From the NCBI GenBank assembly GCA_964016885.1, contig OZ024743.1:261516001-261580000 (forward strand): a stretch of 64,000 nucleotides of DNA, read 5' to 3'. The DNA comes from Eledone cirrhosa. Taxonomy: Eukaryota. The position numbers and the translations under genes were made by a program. The notes beneath the pieces are model-generated. The model was not told the DNA's origin, ran no database searches, and was given only the letters and a program-made list of their open reading frames with translations. Positions 40,567 to 53,039 of this stretch are shown one piece after another. How positions within the stretch are numbered: position 1 is the first letter of the stretch; the number at the start of each line of letters is the position of its first letter.

Positions 40567-40740
40567 ACTACTGTATATACTCGAATATAAGGCGAAGAAT
40601 TTGTGAAGAAAAATTCGATGGTCAAATGGGGTCGACTCATATTCGGGGTCAATATTTTGACGATTTCCACCAACTTCAAATTGTATGTAAACAAGGTGCT
40701 AAAATAACTGGAGTGATTAATTTACTATGAAACACTGTTT
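40567..40740. mobile_element. Probable Tc1/mariner(pogo)-type MITE end, host of the foldback insertion
   Basis: TA-CTGTATATACTCGAATATAAG resembles the common CCGTATATACTCG.GTATAAG terminus. The other end was not found. Confidence 0.4.
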
Positions 40741-41512
40741 GGCGATATCCAATTTTAGCTGTCTAAATGCCGCTTACTTGCTGCAGTTGCTGCTTACTTC
40801 AATGTATGAGGCTATTCCAACAAATTTACATTCCTCTTTTTTTTAGCCGTTAAAAGAAATATAGATTTTTTTTTTTTTTGCGATTTATTTGCCACTGGGG
40901 CATAGATTTCTTTATTTGCCCCTTTTTTGTTTGTTTGTTTTTTGCGATTTATTAGCCTTTTGGGGTCACACACACCCCCGTAGAAAGTGTGCGACCTTTC
41001 TGCCAGGGAGTACAGAGGGGGGGGGGGGGTGCTCCCTTCTTCTCTTACCTGTACAAGCCGATATAGAGAGATGGCCCACTTACACGGGCCATTATTGCTA
41101 CTTTCACCCGAAAAAGGCACTCAGTCCCAGCCAATTCCATGAAAGATGGGTGAAAGTAGCAATAATGGCCCGTGTAAGTGGGCCATCTCTCTATATCGGC
41201 TTGTACAGGTAAGAGAAGAAGGGAGCATCCCCCTCTCTCTGTGCTCCCTGGCAGAAAGGTCGCACACTTTCTACGGGGGTGTGTGTGACCCCAAAAGGCT
41301 AATAAATCGCAAAAAAACAAACAAACAAAAAAGGGGCAAATAAAGAAATCTATGCCCCAGTGGCAAATAAATCGCAAAAAAATAAAAATAAATAAATCTA
41401 TATTTCTTTTAACGGCTAAAACAAAGGGGAATGTAAATTTGTTGGAATAGCCTCATACATTGAAGTAAGCAGCAACTAAGCGGCATTTAGACAGCTAAAA
41501 TTGGATATCGCC
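40741..41512. mobile_element. Foldback element (Merlin- or MULE-like), ~365-bp inverted arms, 8-bp TSD
   Basis: Arms 40741-41109 and 41148-41512, spacer 38 bp. GGCGATATCC...GGATATCGCC termini. TSD CACTGTTT at 40733-40740 and 41513-41520. Confidence 0.92.
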
Positions 41513-42086
41513 CACTGTTTTTCTACATTTACTTTGTGCATTCCTTTGAAAATATTTCCAACAAATTTTAGAAACGACTACCGAACTGTGTGGACGTGTT
41601 TTCTTGGGGCTCTGCAACAACCACGTGTTGCTACCAAAAGAATAAAAATTGTTTAAATGAGTCCAGTATTATAATTATGGTGTTTCGCATGGAACCTTAT
41701 AGATATAACAGAGAGAAGTATACAGTCCAAGTGAAAAAAAGAAAAGACAGCATATAATCTAATGAGAAGATTAAAGAAAATAAGAGAAAAAACTGAAATG
41801 AAACAGAAAGTTGAAAGGAAAAGGCAGAAAAGGGTCATTGAAATAATTATTCATTTAGAAAGGCTATCTACCTAAAATTTTAAATTTATTACATACATTT
41901 CTTAATATAAATAAATATGTTGTATAAAAAGAGATATAATAATTGTTTCTACTATTGGCACAAGGCCAACAATTAATCAGTACATTACTGGTACTTTATT
42001 TTATCGACCCCATAAGGATGAAAGGCAAAGTTAACCTCGGTGAGATATAATAATACAATGTTTTACAGAACGAAAGCACAAACAAA

Positions 42087-42589
42087 TCTATATATGTAAA
42101 AGATAGATGTTTATTGGTTGGTTGGTCAGTTGGTTGAATCACACGAAAACTATACATACACACATCTAAAGAGAGATACAATTAAAGTGTTAGATATTCA
42201 GAGAGAGAGAGTAACGTCATAGAAAAATTGTTACTATTTGAAATTAACCTACTACCCCCCTCCCCCCAGCTTTTATCCATTTACTACTTATAGACCGTAC
42301 TAACGAAGCAATACATTAGAAACAATGGTATGCGGTATATTGGTGTTTCAGATGACGTCCTTTGGAACTGAAAAAGATCTTACTAACAATGCTTATTTCA
42401 CATTTAAAATCCAAGGCCAATGCTACCATTTAATCGGCAGTTTACTCCCCCAGCCTAATAAGGAAGTTTTATTATTTTTTTTTGTCTTTCTCACACACAC
42501 ACACATTACTGTCTCACCTCATACCAGACAACACATCCAATCCAGTCGTTTTCTCTGTTCTCCCGGGCGAAGCCGGGTACCTCAGCTAG
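42087..42589 (+). mobile_element. Non-autonomous Helitron with a RepHel fragment
   Basis: A|TCTATATATGTAAAA 5' end. FQMTSFG..FTFKIQGQCYHLIGSLLP motif. 3' hairpin CCCGG-GCGAAG-CCGGG then CTAG|T. Confidence 0.9.
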
Positions 42590-42759
42590 TATAATATAAA
42601 GGAAAGGGAGAGGGGAAAACAGAAAAAAAGGAAGGAAAAGAAAGAGAATAGAAAAAAACAACACAAAAACGATTAACACACACATCTGGGATCACATATA
42701 ACAAAAGGCAGGCGAAAGGGGTGGATAACCGAGCCGCTACCACAGTAACAGATAATAAG

Positions 42760-43075
42760 TATCGCGAGGAGCACTGGGAAACCTCGCTAATGATTTTTTA
42801 GGCAAGCCAGCACGCTCACGGCGTTACGTTGGGTGATGGCGAGGTTGATGCGCTGGAACAACCAAGCGCCCTCGCGAGCTTGACCAGTTTACTCTGTTAG
42901 GCGAGCCGCCAGTGAAGATAGGAATCATGCAGTCAGTAGCCCGGCTCCCTCAAACGTCTCGACGCTCGAACGTCACAGGCTGGAAAATGTAGTTGGCTGA
43001 CAGATCACGGTATTTTCGGATTTTGTGTAGAAAGTGTTTTCTATGCTGGCCAGCTAAAACCTTTCCTCGCTGAAT
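42760..43075 (-). mobile_element. CRE-like non-LTR element C-terminal (REL) fragment
   Basis: Minus strand KIRKYRDLSANYIFQPV and QRINLAITQRNAVSVL. Confidence 0.65.
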
Positions 43076-43458
43076 TGCATCAAGTTCATTTGTTAATCAT
43101 GCTTTTCTAGTAAGAAAATACTGATTTCAACAAGAACTTTTTGGCTAAAACCACTAACTATAACAAATATGTTTGTTTCGAGAGAAGGAGTGAAAACCTC
43201 TATGCGGTTACTTGACCTGTTGGAAATAGCAGCCAAATTCCTTTCAGCCACATACCTTCTTGAATTAGGAAAGGACTCTTTGGTCGGTTGCTTTAAGCCC
43301 CAGTTTAATGACAATCCGGAACTAAAAGGGGGTGAGTTCCGAAATGAAATATATATCAGGATTGAGTGATCGAAGTTTCAGTTCGACATTTTATTCGTAA
43401 TCACGCGCAACAAGTGTTTCGTGAATGCATTATATTTATTTCTCCTGCACTGTTTTTG

Positions 43459-43725
43459 ATACATCTCAAAATTCTTTCTTTAATTTCAGCTTCCTCAATA
43501 TTTTAACATCTCACGGCTCTATTTTTTTCACTTAGCACTTTTATCGAACTTACTGTTTCAAATGTTTACACACACACACAACATCCATCTCAACATTTTT
43601 TAGTTTGGTACATCTCAAAATTCCTCTTCCAGTTTTCAACTTCCTCTCTTCAGCGTTTTAGTGTCTCGTTGTTCGATTTTTGCAGCTATTGAATTTTACT
43701 GTTTTTATATTTAAACACACATAAC
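43459..43725. repeat. Degenerate tandem duplication, period ~150 bp
   Basis: TACATCTCAAAATTC at 43459 and 43609, followed by homologous TTACTGTTT..ACACAC. Confidence 0.7.
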
Positions 43726-44039
43726 ATTCAGACTTAAATTTAAATCTAAATTATTTTAAGGTCATCAGGAAACCCGCATGGTTAAAGGATTTATCACTTC
43801 CTATCAGCTTTCACCCCCACCCCCTCTCCGCCTCATTCCAAGAAAGCTAATTTGCATCCCCCTATCTCTCCCCTCCCATCCACCACTCCCATAACAGCTA
43901 GCTTGCTTCCAACGTCACCTTCCCGCAACCGAGTCCCACTGTCAGAGTCAATGCTGATCACCCCGTTCCCACTTGTATCTCTATCATTAACCTACTCCCC
44001 CCCCCCCGTCTTCCCCCTATCTGAATCCTAATTCTAAAG

Positions 44040-46690
44040 TCGACTCCTCAGGTGTTGTTAATTCACCACTGCTCCCAAACCAGTCGATACCTAAAAACAA
44101 TCGCACGTTACTCCTGCCGCCTAAACTACCACAGGGGCTGCGTTGGCATTACTAAGGTTCACGCTGAAAGTCTCTCAAACTGGACATATAACCAATGCCA
44201 CTTCAGCTCCGATTCCTGTTGCAGGTCCGAACCTAACTGACGTTCAGATTTCTGTTGAGGACTTTTCTGCTGCCCTCCGTGACTTGTCTAAGTTGAAACT
44301 CATCAACAGGATCACAAAGGGAGTTTGGTTATGTTTCGCCCGTGTTCTCTCCAAGCTGCTGAAGAATGTATGCCTATCTAACGGCATCTTGAATTGGCAG
44401 AAATTATTCTTGTTCCCTTTAGTCTTTCTCCATGTGTCCAATGTGAAATCCGAATCCCTCACATCTTCCCTAAAACAGCAGTTTCAGTTGTTTGATTCAA
44501 CCTCAATTACTGCTCATCTCAGGTCAGCAATCAACTCAGCTCCAATCAATGGTCGATCTCCGAACTTAAAAAAGGCTGTCAATGCTAAATTCATTGAATT
44601 TGAGATTAAAGGAGCTGTTCACCGCCTCTCCTCTCATCCCTCGCCCAGTGCCCTACAGAGTCACTCAACTAACTGAGAGCAAAACATCCTCTGGCTCTGA
44701 CACTGGCACAAACCACCAGGTTATTTGCAACTTGGCTTTACCCCAGCTATTGTTAGGAAGGCAATAATATCCTTTCTGGTGCAGGGATTGATGGTCTTTG
44801 ACCTCAGCACGTCAAGGATAATATCTCCTCGTCAACTGGAGATGTCGGCCTTGAGCTCTTAGAGAACCTCACCCATTTCGTCTACCTGTTCTCATCTAAG
44901 AATGTCCTTGTTTATATCTGCCCCCTATTCTTTGGAGCTAAACTGTTTGGTCTCACAAAACCCAACGGTGACCTCCACCCCATAGCAGTTGGGTGCACTC
45001 TGCGACGGTTCACTGTGAAGGTATGTCTGTCTTCGATTTCAGACAGCCTGTCGGCCAAATTTTCCCCTATTCAGCTATGTGGTGGGTACCAAGCTGAGGT
45101 TGTGAGGCTGCTGCTCACGCCACCAGAGTATTTAACAACTTGCCTTCCGAAAATCCCAAGGTCATTCTCAAGCTACATCTTAGGAATGCTTTTAATTCCA
45201 TCAGTTGGGATGTCACCCTCTGTTCAGTAAAGGAGGGGGCCTGCAGCTTTACCACTTTGCTTGGCAAGCCTACCAGGAGCCCTCCTACCTCATCTTCAGT
45301 GACCATCTCCTATCTGTCACAAGGGTCGAACAGGGTGACCCGCTCGGACCTGCATCTGATTGTCTGGTATCTGGATGATTCTTGCATAGGGGGTCCTCCA
45401 GACAAGGTCCTTGCAACTACGAAGATGATGATTGAGGAGCTGGGCCGTAGAGGCCTTCATGTCAACAGATCCAAATGCGAGCTCTGGCTCCTCAACCACC
45501 CAGCTTCACATCAAGAGACTGTTGACCTGTTCATGGAGTCTTTCTCCTCCATTGTGATTCCTCCCCCATCGGCATGGTGGTCCCTTCGGGCCACAGTTAC
45601 TGACCAAGCTTTCGAGTCCATCTTTTAATCTAAATTAGTTAACCTGAAGCAACTTTTAAAAAACCACAAAGTCATTGAGCCTCACCAAGTTTTTTCATTC
45701 TCCGGAATTATCTGTCAATCCCTATATAATATTTCCTTAAAGTTAGCCCCTCTTACAAATTCTTGTGTTTCCAACACTTCGACGATCTACTATTCAGTGA
45801 ACTTGAGGGTTTGGTCAGTGTCCGGCCAAGCTGCCTTACCCAAATGGTTTGGAGATCTCGGTTTGCGTAAGTGTACTTCTTTGTCCCTACCCTGCTTTCT
45901 TTCCTCCATCCACACCTGCTCCCTTTGGTAGGTGACATCCTCTCCTTCCCAACTTGAACTAGTTCCACCAAAGAGTTAAATGAAGCTTTACTACTGTGGA
46001 GAGAGCTGGGTTTGTCAGTCTCAGTTACTGATGAGAATAGACGGAAGCAGAGAGTATGGGACAATCTGTGTTCGAGGGAAACTTTCAACTCTCTCTGATC
46101 TTTCCAATCAATTTTTCTAGGTGCCGCTTACTTTCTGCTAGCACAAAGTACTCAGGGACTGATTGATGCCCTGCCTGTGGCCAACATTGGTGGCCTTCTC
46201 AGTCAGGAGAACTCCACATCTCCATTGCACTTCATGTGGGAGCACATCTGTGGGAGTCTGAAATGCCACTGTGATAGGTCCCTTGACTCCACAGGTTTAC
46301 ATGGTTTGTCCTGCCACCTGAATGCTGGTCGTTTTGCCCGTCACACCAAGCTAAACCTGATCATCAAATGGGCCCTGGCTTGGGTAAATATCCCCACAGT
46401 TCTGGAACCGGCTGGTTAATCCAGAAGTGATGGGAAGGGACCAGACAGTCTTACCCTTTGTCTCTGGGTGAGAGGTAGGTGTCTCATCAGGGACGTCACA
46501 GTCAGTGACTCTTTTGCTCCTTCTCACATCATGAACGCCACGGTGAATGTGGGAGTCACTGCTTCCACTGCCAAACAATAAAATTTAGAAATACCAGGAC
46601 TTATCAAATAATTATTTTTTCCAGCTTGTGGTGTTCGATGAAGTTGGGCTGCTGACAGCGAAGTTCTTGTCTTCACTGTCAGCACACCTT
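44040..46690 (+). mobile_element. CRE-clade non-LTR retrotransposon, degraded (RT, zinc knuckle, REL)
   Basis: KPNGDLHPIAVGCTLRR, KLHLRNAFNSI, GVEQGDPLGP, WYLDD, C.C....GLHGLSC...GRFARH, DGKGPD..T...W..G...DVTV.DSFA. Confidence 0.85.
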
Positions 46691-46699
46691 ACTGACTTC

Positions 46700-49600
46700 T
46701 AGATTTTCTCTGAAAGACCATAAATACAACTTTTTAGACAACCCCTCTATTAGACTTATAAGCCCTTCTACATCTGATATAGGTCAAATTAGCAAGTGTA
46801 TCCTTGACCGTATCACCTATATTGAAAGACAGAATTGGCTTGATACGGACCAAGTTGTTGACTGGTTCATTAGCATTAATGATAAGAATTGTCTTACATT
46901 TATACAATTTGACATCGATAGTTACTACGCCTCTATATTCCCTATTTTACTTAATAAAGCCCTTTTCTTAGCTAGTACTTATACTGATTTATCTAGAAAG
47001 GAAATAGACATTATATTGACTGCTATATGTACTATAATTGAGTTCAATGGTAGTTATTGGGCTAGGGCTAATGGACCAAATAACCGTGACATCACTATGG
47101 GGTCAAGTGACTCTGCTCAGGTTACTGACCTCGTAGGAATTTACCTTTTACACAAGCTTAAGGAGGATTTACCCTATCTACAAGGAGGCTTATACAGAGA
47201 CGATGCTCTATTTACTATAGAATTTCTTAAGAAGCATTTCCATATATTTTTTTAAAGCTTTGGTCTTTCTATCACGATTGAACCTAACAATAAGGTCGTC
47301 AATTTCCTTAAGACTACTTTAGACCTTAATACAGGACTATATCGTCCTTACCATAAACCCAGTGAGATCTTAACTTGTATTAATTGCCTTTCTAACCACC
47401 CCACTCTGTTTTTAAATCTATTGTAAAGTCGATTTTACACAGAATCTCTAGGATAATGAGAATCTCAGATAATGAGAATATATTTAACGAAATTGCCTGG
47501 TACTATAATGAGGCTCTTTCTAAATCAGGCCATAAAGATAAAATTTATTACTTACCTTCTATTCCATCCACCAACAATTATGTAATAATAATGCAATCGC
47601 ACAGAGTTGTATCTCTAGTAAGAATAGATTTAAAAACACTGATAGAAAAAACTGTCCTCCTTATAATGGCTTGCTATCTACTCCTAGCAATAAATTTAGA
47701 ATTAGCTTTAATGGGTACTTTAACCAAATGCCTTCCTTTAATACTAAGATTTCATCTACCACTACTCTTAATAATTGAAAAAATACTCTAAACTTACCTA
47801 TAAACCCATCTAATAACACCGTGTAACATATTTTTTGTTCCCTGGTTCTAAGTGTCATTTCCTGGTTTGTTATATCCCATTATTATTTTAAAAAACCACT
47901 ATTATTTAATCAGAAGTTTGGGTTTGTGGTCAGGAGTTTGATATTTCGAAATTTTCATAATTTTCAAGAAAAAACATTTTTTTAAAATTTATCAGTTCAT
48001 ATAATTAAATCAACAGAGTATATATTTATTTTATTACACAAGCTTATCAAAAGCAAACAAGTAAAAACAAATAACACTTATAAAGCAACTTATACATGTC
48101 AGAAATGACTGGATTTCCTGGATTTGCGGTTGTAGTCCAGGTCACATTCCCGCACTAGCCCCCAGATATAGTCCCCCATCATTTTTTCATTGTAGTGGCC
48201 CTGGTACCTCCGCTCTATCTCTTTCACATCTTGGTGGAATCGTTCGCCTTGTTCTTCTGAGTAGGCGCCCATATTGTCCTTGAATTTTTCCAGGTGAGCG
48301 TCCAGCATATGGAGTTTAAGTGACATCCTGTATCCCATGGCGCCAAAAGCCTTTATCAGATCCTGCACCAGTTGCTGGTAGTTTTCAGCTCTGTAGTTGC
48401 CCAGGAAGCCCTTAACAACAGCCTTGAAACAGTTCTATGCTGTTCTCTCAATCCTATTGAGCTTATTGGAGAACTCGGTAGACTCAAACACCTTCTTTAT
48501 CTGAGGTCCAACAAAAATTCCACCTTTGATTTTGGCCTCAGATAACTTGGGGAAGAACTCAAGAAGGTACTTAAAAGCGGCTGATTCTTGGTTGAGAGCC
48601 TTCACAAACTGCTTCATCAACCCCAACTTAATGTGCAGTGGCGGCATGAGCACAATCCTGGGATCAACCAGTGGCTCCCACATGACGTTCCGAGTCCCAA
48701 CTACAAATTCTGTTCGCTGCTCCCAGTTCTTTCTTTTGTAGTGGTCAGAGGTAGCTCTGCTGTCCCAAAGGCAGAGGAAGCATTGGAATTTGATAAAGCC
48801 TCCTTGGAGTCCAAGCAGGAAAGCCACCATCTTGAAGTCTCCAATGATTTCCCAATTGTACTGGTTGTATTGCAGAACTTCCAAGAGGACTTTCACACTG
48901 TAGTAATCTTCCTTCAGGCAGACTGAATGAGCTAGGGGCAGTGTCGGGAACTTGTTTCCATTGTGGAGGAAGACAGCCTTCAAACTTGTGGTGGAGCTGT
49001 CTATAAATAACCGCCACTCCTTGGGCACAAACGCACCCCAAGAACATCAAACAGTCCAGACACGCAATGGCAAAAGCAGAGGCCATCCATAAGAGTGTAA
49101 AAGCCTGAGAAAGGTTTGTGTCAATTTCTCTGGACCAAGTTCCACTGCTTCATCCTGGAGACGAATAGCTCTGCATTGGACTTGGCCAGACCCATATCCC
49201 TGACCAAGTCATTGACTTCTTTTGGGTTTGGGAAGTAAGGAACCTTTTCTGGTACCTCAGGCAGGTAATCCAAGTCCTCAGCATCCATCTCCTCCTCTTC
49301 ATCAGAATACTTGTCTTGGAAAATAAATTTGATATGCAATACAAAATAAATATTGGAAAGGGAAATACATATTTAAATAATATAAAAAAACATTAAACAT
49401 ACTAATGAAAATTTGTGCTTAAAACACAACTTACCCTTTATTCAGGATGCGAAAACCTAGTATCAATAAATCTCTTTAATCCACTTTTTAACAATTTTAT
49501 ACTTTATTGCACTTTTATAATTTTCTTTAGGTATTACTCTTTATTTTATAATTTTAATTTAACCTGAAACATATATAAAAAAAAGTAATTTAACATAAGC

Positions 49601-51740
49601 AAATTAAACTTACATACAACGTAAAATCCAGCATACAAATAATTCTAGTGAATAGCTTAGAATTTTTACAAACCCAAACTTTTAACTGTTTAATAGCACT
49701 TTTTTTATTTATTTGGGACCTAAGCAACACAAAAAAAGTGATTACAAGCCAGGAACAGAGAAAAAACATTTTTTTGTTACACAGTGTAATGCTAGTACTA
49801 TGCGCCGTAAAAGATCACGTAATATAACCTGGCTTAATCCTCCGTTCTCACTTAATGTTGCTTCTAACATATCTAGAATGTTCTTCTCTATCTTGTGTAA
49901 TAATTTCCTTCCTGACCACAAATACTATAAATTATTTAACAAAAATAACGTCAAGATTTCTTTCTCTACTACTCCTAACTTGGTGGATTATATTGCTTTT
50001 AGTAACCATAAGAAATAAAAAAAAACATAGGACCTCCCTTTCTGATGATTTACCTCTACCTATTAACCGTTTACATATGAATAATTGTAACTTTAATTCT
50101 TATCCTGTTAACTCTCCTATCTCCTCACCTACATATGACATGCCTTCTAGTACTATCCCTTTGCCTACATTATCTACTACCTATAACCCTAACTGTAATT
50201 GCAGAAATCCTAATAGCTGCCCTCTGAATGGTCATTGCCTTACTAATAATGTGGTACATAGATGCACTGTAAAAACCTATAGTGACACTAAAACATACAT
50301 TGGAGTTACTGCTAACCCTTTCAAAACTCATTTGAATTCTCATACACATTCATTTAAGAATAGTAATTTAAAATCTTCTACTTCCTTAGCTAGACATATA
50401 AATACACTAAAACTCTCTAATATTGAATATTCTTTAGTTTGGGATATTTTAGCCAAATCCTCTCCCTACAAAGGTCGTAAAGGTCATTGCTATATATGTT
50501 TATCCAAAGAGTATTTCATAACTATGTCTAAACCCCGCAATATAAACGACCATAACAGGATTGTTATTAACTGCCATCATCGTTTGGCATACTCGTTTGC
50601 TAACAGGATTTTTGATCCCACTTAAATTCCATTAGTTTAATTGATTATCCCCCACTCTTTTACTATTTATTTTTTACCCACCACTCCATGTATCTTACCC
50701 TCACATTTTAACTTGTTATTTGTTTCTTCCTTATTTAATTTACCTCTTACTTATCTTTTATTTTACTTTATTCCTTCCCGTATTATATTAATACTATTTT
50801 TCTTTTTATATATATTTTTTTAATGCATAACCTAGATTCTTTATCTTTTATATTCCCTTCCTTAGTTAATGGTTCATTTTCCCCTTCTAACTACTCTTTC
50901 TTTTCACTTTTAATATAACCTTCTCTTATGTATTATTATTTAATAGGCATGCTTCTCCTTTTATTTCTATTTATTTGTCTTTTTCTTTTCTTTTTTTGCT
51001 TTAACCTCCATATATCCACACCATTCTCCACAATATTAGATTATATTAATAATCTTACACCATCTTCTTTATTAACCCCTCCTATTTAATCTTTTTAACT
51101 TAAATCTCTTTGCATATTATTTTATTTCCCTTTATTTTACTACTGATATTTTTTTTATTATCCCATTTCCTCTAACCCCTTCGACCTTAGTTCTTATCTT
51201 TAAACCTATTTTTACCCTATTTAATTTAATCTTGTTTAATTATTTTCAATTATTTTTAATTCACTTTCTATAGCTTCCATCTATATTATCTTTTTTCTTA
51301 GAGTGAACTTTTACTGCTTTGACTTATCTCCTGCCTTTCTATACTATTTAACTATATTCTTTATATACCTTTTCTCTTAAATCATTAATTTTGAATTTTT
51401 TCTATAATTTTCTCATTTTTTTCTTTTTAACATTTTTCTAAATAAATCTTAAATTAGCCATCAAATATACATTTCTACTCATATATCTCCCTTTATTCTT
51501 AGTTACACCTCTTGTTATACACACTTCCGCTTACATTTGAATTTCTTCATTTGTTTTTCAAACCGTCATATTCCTTAAATTTTTAACCGATCTTCATACC
51601 CATATTACTAATATGTGGACAGCTTCTATCCAAGTATTGCATTTATTGTATGCCTTATTTTATAGTGGTATGTTTTTCTTTTAGAATTTTTATGTTTAAT
51701 GTTTTCTTTTTGGCTCTGATGAGGTGACCATATCAAACAT
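46700..51740 (+). mobile_element. Penelope-like element (RT, GIY-YIG, T-rich 3' region with hammerhead remnant), interrupted by a Chapaev3 insertion
   Basis: LKDHK..RLI.P..IG.ISK.ILD, FDIDSYY, TMGS.D.A, GLYRDD, SNHP. After the insertion RKRSRNITWLNPPFS, CNC..CP..C, TYIG, F.T....H..SF, C.IC..E. CTGATGAGG at 51716. Confidence 0.85.
47817..49786 (-). mobile_element. Chapaev3-like (CMC) DNA transposon with TAA TSD, transposase pseudogene
   Basis: TAA|CACCGTGTAACA ... TGTTACACAGTG|TAA. ORFs 49121-49339, 48435-49028 and 48099-48368 give PPLHIKLGLMKQFVKAL, MSLKLH, SEEQGERFHQD. CAC/GTG ends with a TWA TSD are diagnostic for Chapaev3. Confidence 0.9.
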
Positions 51741-51866
51741 TTCTTTTTATTGTTCATTTATCGATTTTAGGATCGATAATTACCTCATGTATGTACACAT
51801 TACTGATTTAGTTTCCGAAAAAATTTGTCAGCCAAAAATCTGATGTTGTTTTCTCTGATATTTAAT

Positions 51867-51977
<111 letters not shown>

Positions 51978-53039
51978 TTCATACATGTACATATGTGTGT
52001 GTGCACTTGTGTATGTAAGTATCTATGTATGAATGTACATATGTATAAATAACTGGCAGCTTCTGGTTCTGGAATTGGTGATACAAGCTGAGGAATGTTG
52101 AGAAGATAAGGAGGATGGAAGAAAAGAGTAAGTACCCTGACAAAACAGTTCCAACCTCAGAAGAAAGGGCAACAAGAAGTGGGTGGGGGTGGGGAGACGA
52201 AGGAGGAAGAGAAGAAGATGTCTGCAATTGAATGAATACTTAAATAAATAGCGTTCTGCTAAATCTAAAAAAGTGTCCAAAAATTTAAATTAAAAATCTG
52301 TGAGCGTCTTTTATATAAAAGAATTTGCTATTAGTGGTACTCTTGCTCCATAACACATATAGATGAGGTATTGCTCACAGTATGTTTGTGGAATGGGGTG
52401 TAGTGTGGTGTAGTATGGCATTTTCCCCCATGATGACAGAGGCATATATTGCTGAACAATTCTCACTTCATTTCATTTCAAAATCTTGTTGGGTTTTTAA
52501 ACAAACATGAAACAAAGCAGAGCTAAGTTAAACTGTCCACTTTCATTGTATTTTATTATATTATTTCATTTTTCAGTCAGCTTTTAAAGTCCATCTTCCT
52601 AACTATTGTTACAATGAATCTGGCAACATGCCCTAATGACTCCAAATAAAATATGACTGCATGAGTTAGATGTCAGGTCCATAAGCTATAATGTAGGCAA
52701 GCCATCTAGGAGAACAATCATGCTGAATAAAAACTGATACAGACAACCTCTCTTGTGCTGTTGGTATGAAAAACACTCCCAGTGCACATTGTAAAGTAGT
52801 TGGTGATAGGAAGGGCATCCATCCTGTAAAACTTTGCCAAAAATATTCAAAGTACAACACATAAATCTCTCACTAATTGTGTATACAAGACTAACACTAG
52901 TCATATCAGTGCTGCACACATTAGTGGGGTGGCTAACTTAGCCATATGTGAGAACCCCTTAACCATCACCAAGCAATCGCACATCCTTATTCCTTTCCAG
53001 ACACGAAGAACTCTTACCAAAGGACCTAATCACCACTGT

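Noticed and set aside
40812-41377. Paired similar ORFs on opposite strands (also 56929-57288)
   Set aside because: Artefact of palindromic elements, with no recognisable protein motifs
49855-50625. Selenocysteine-encoding Penelope endonuclease
   Set aside because: The GIY-YIG frame has no in-frame TGA at Cys positions, and I could not identify a SECIS
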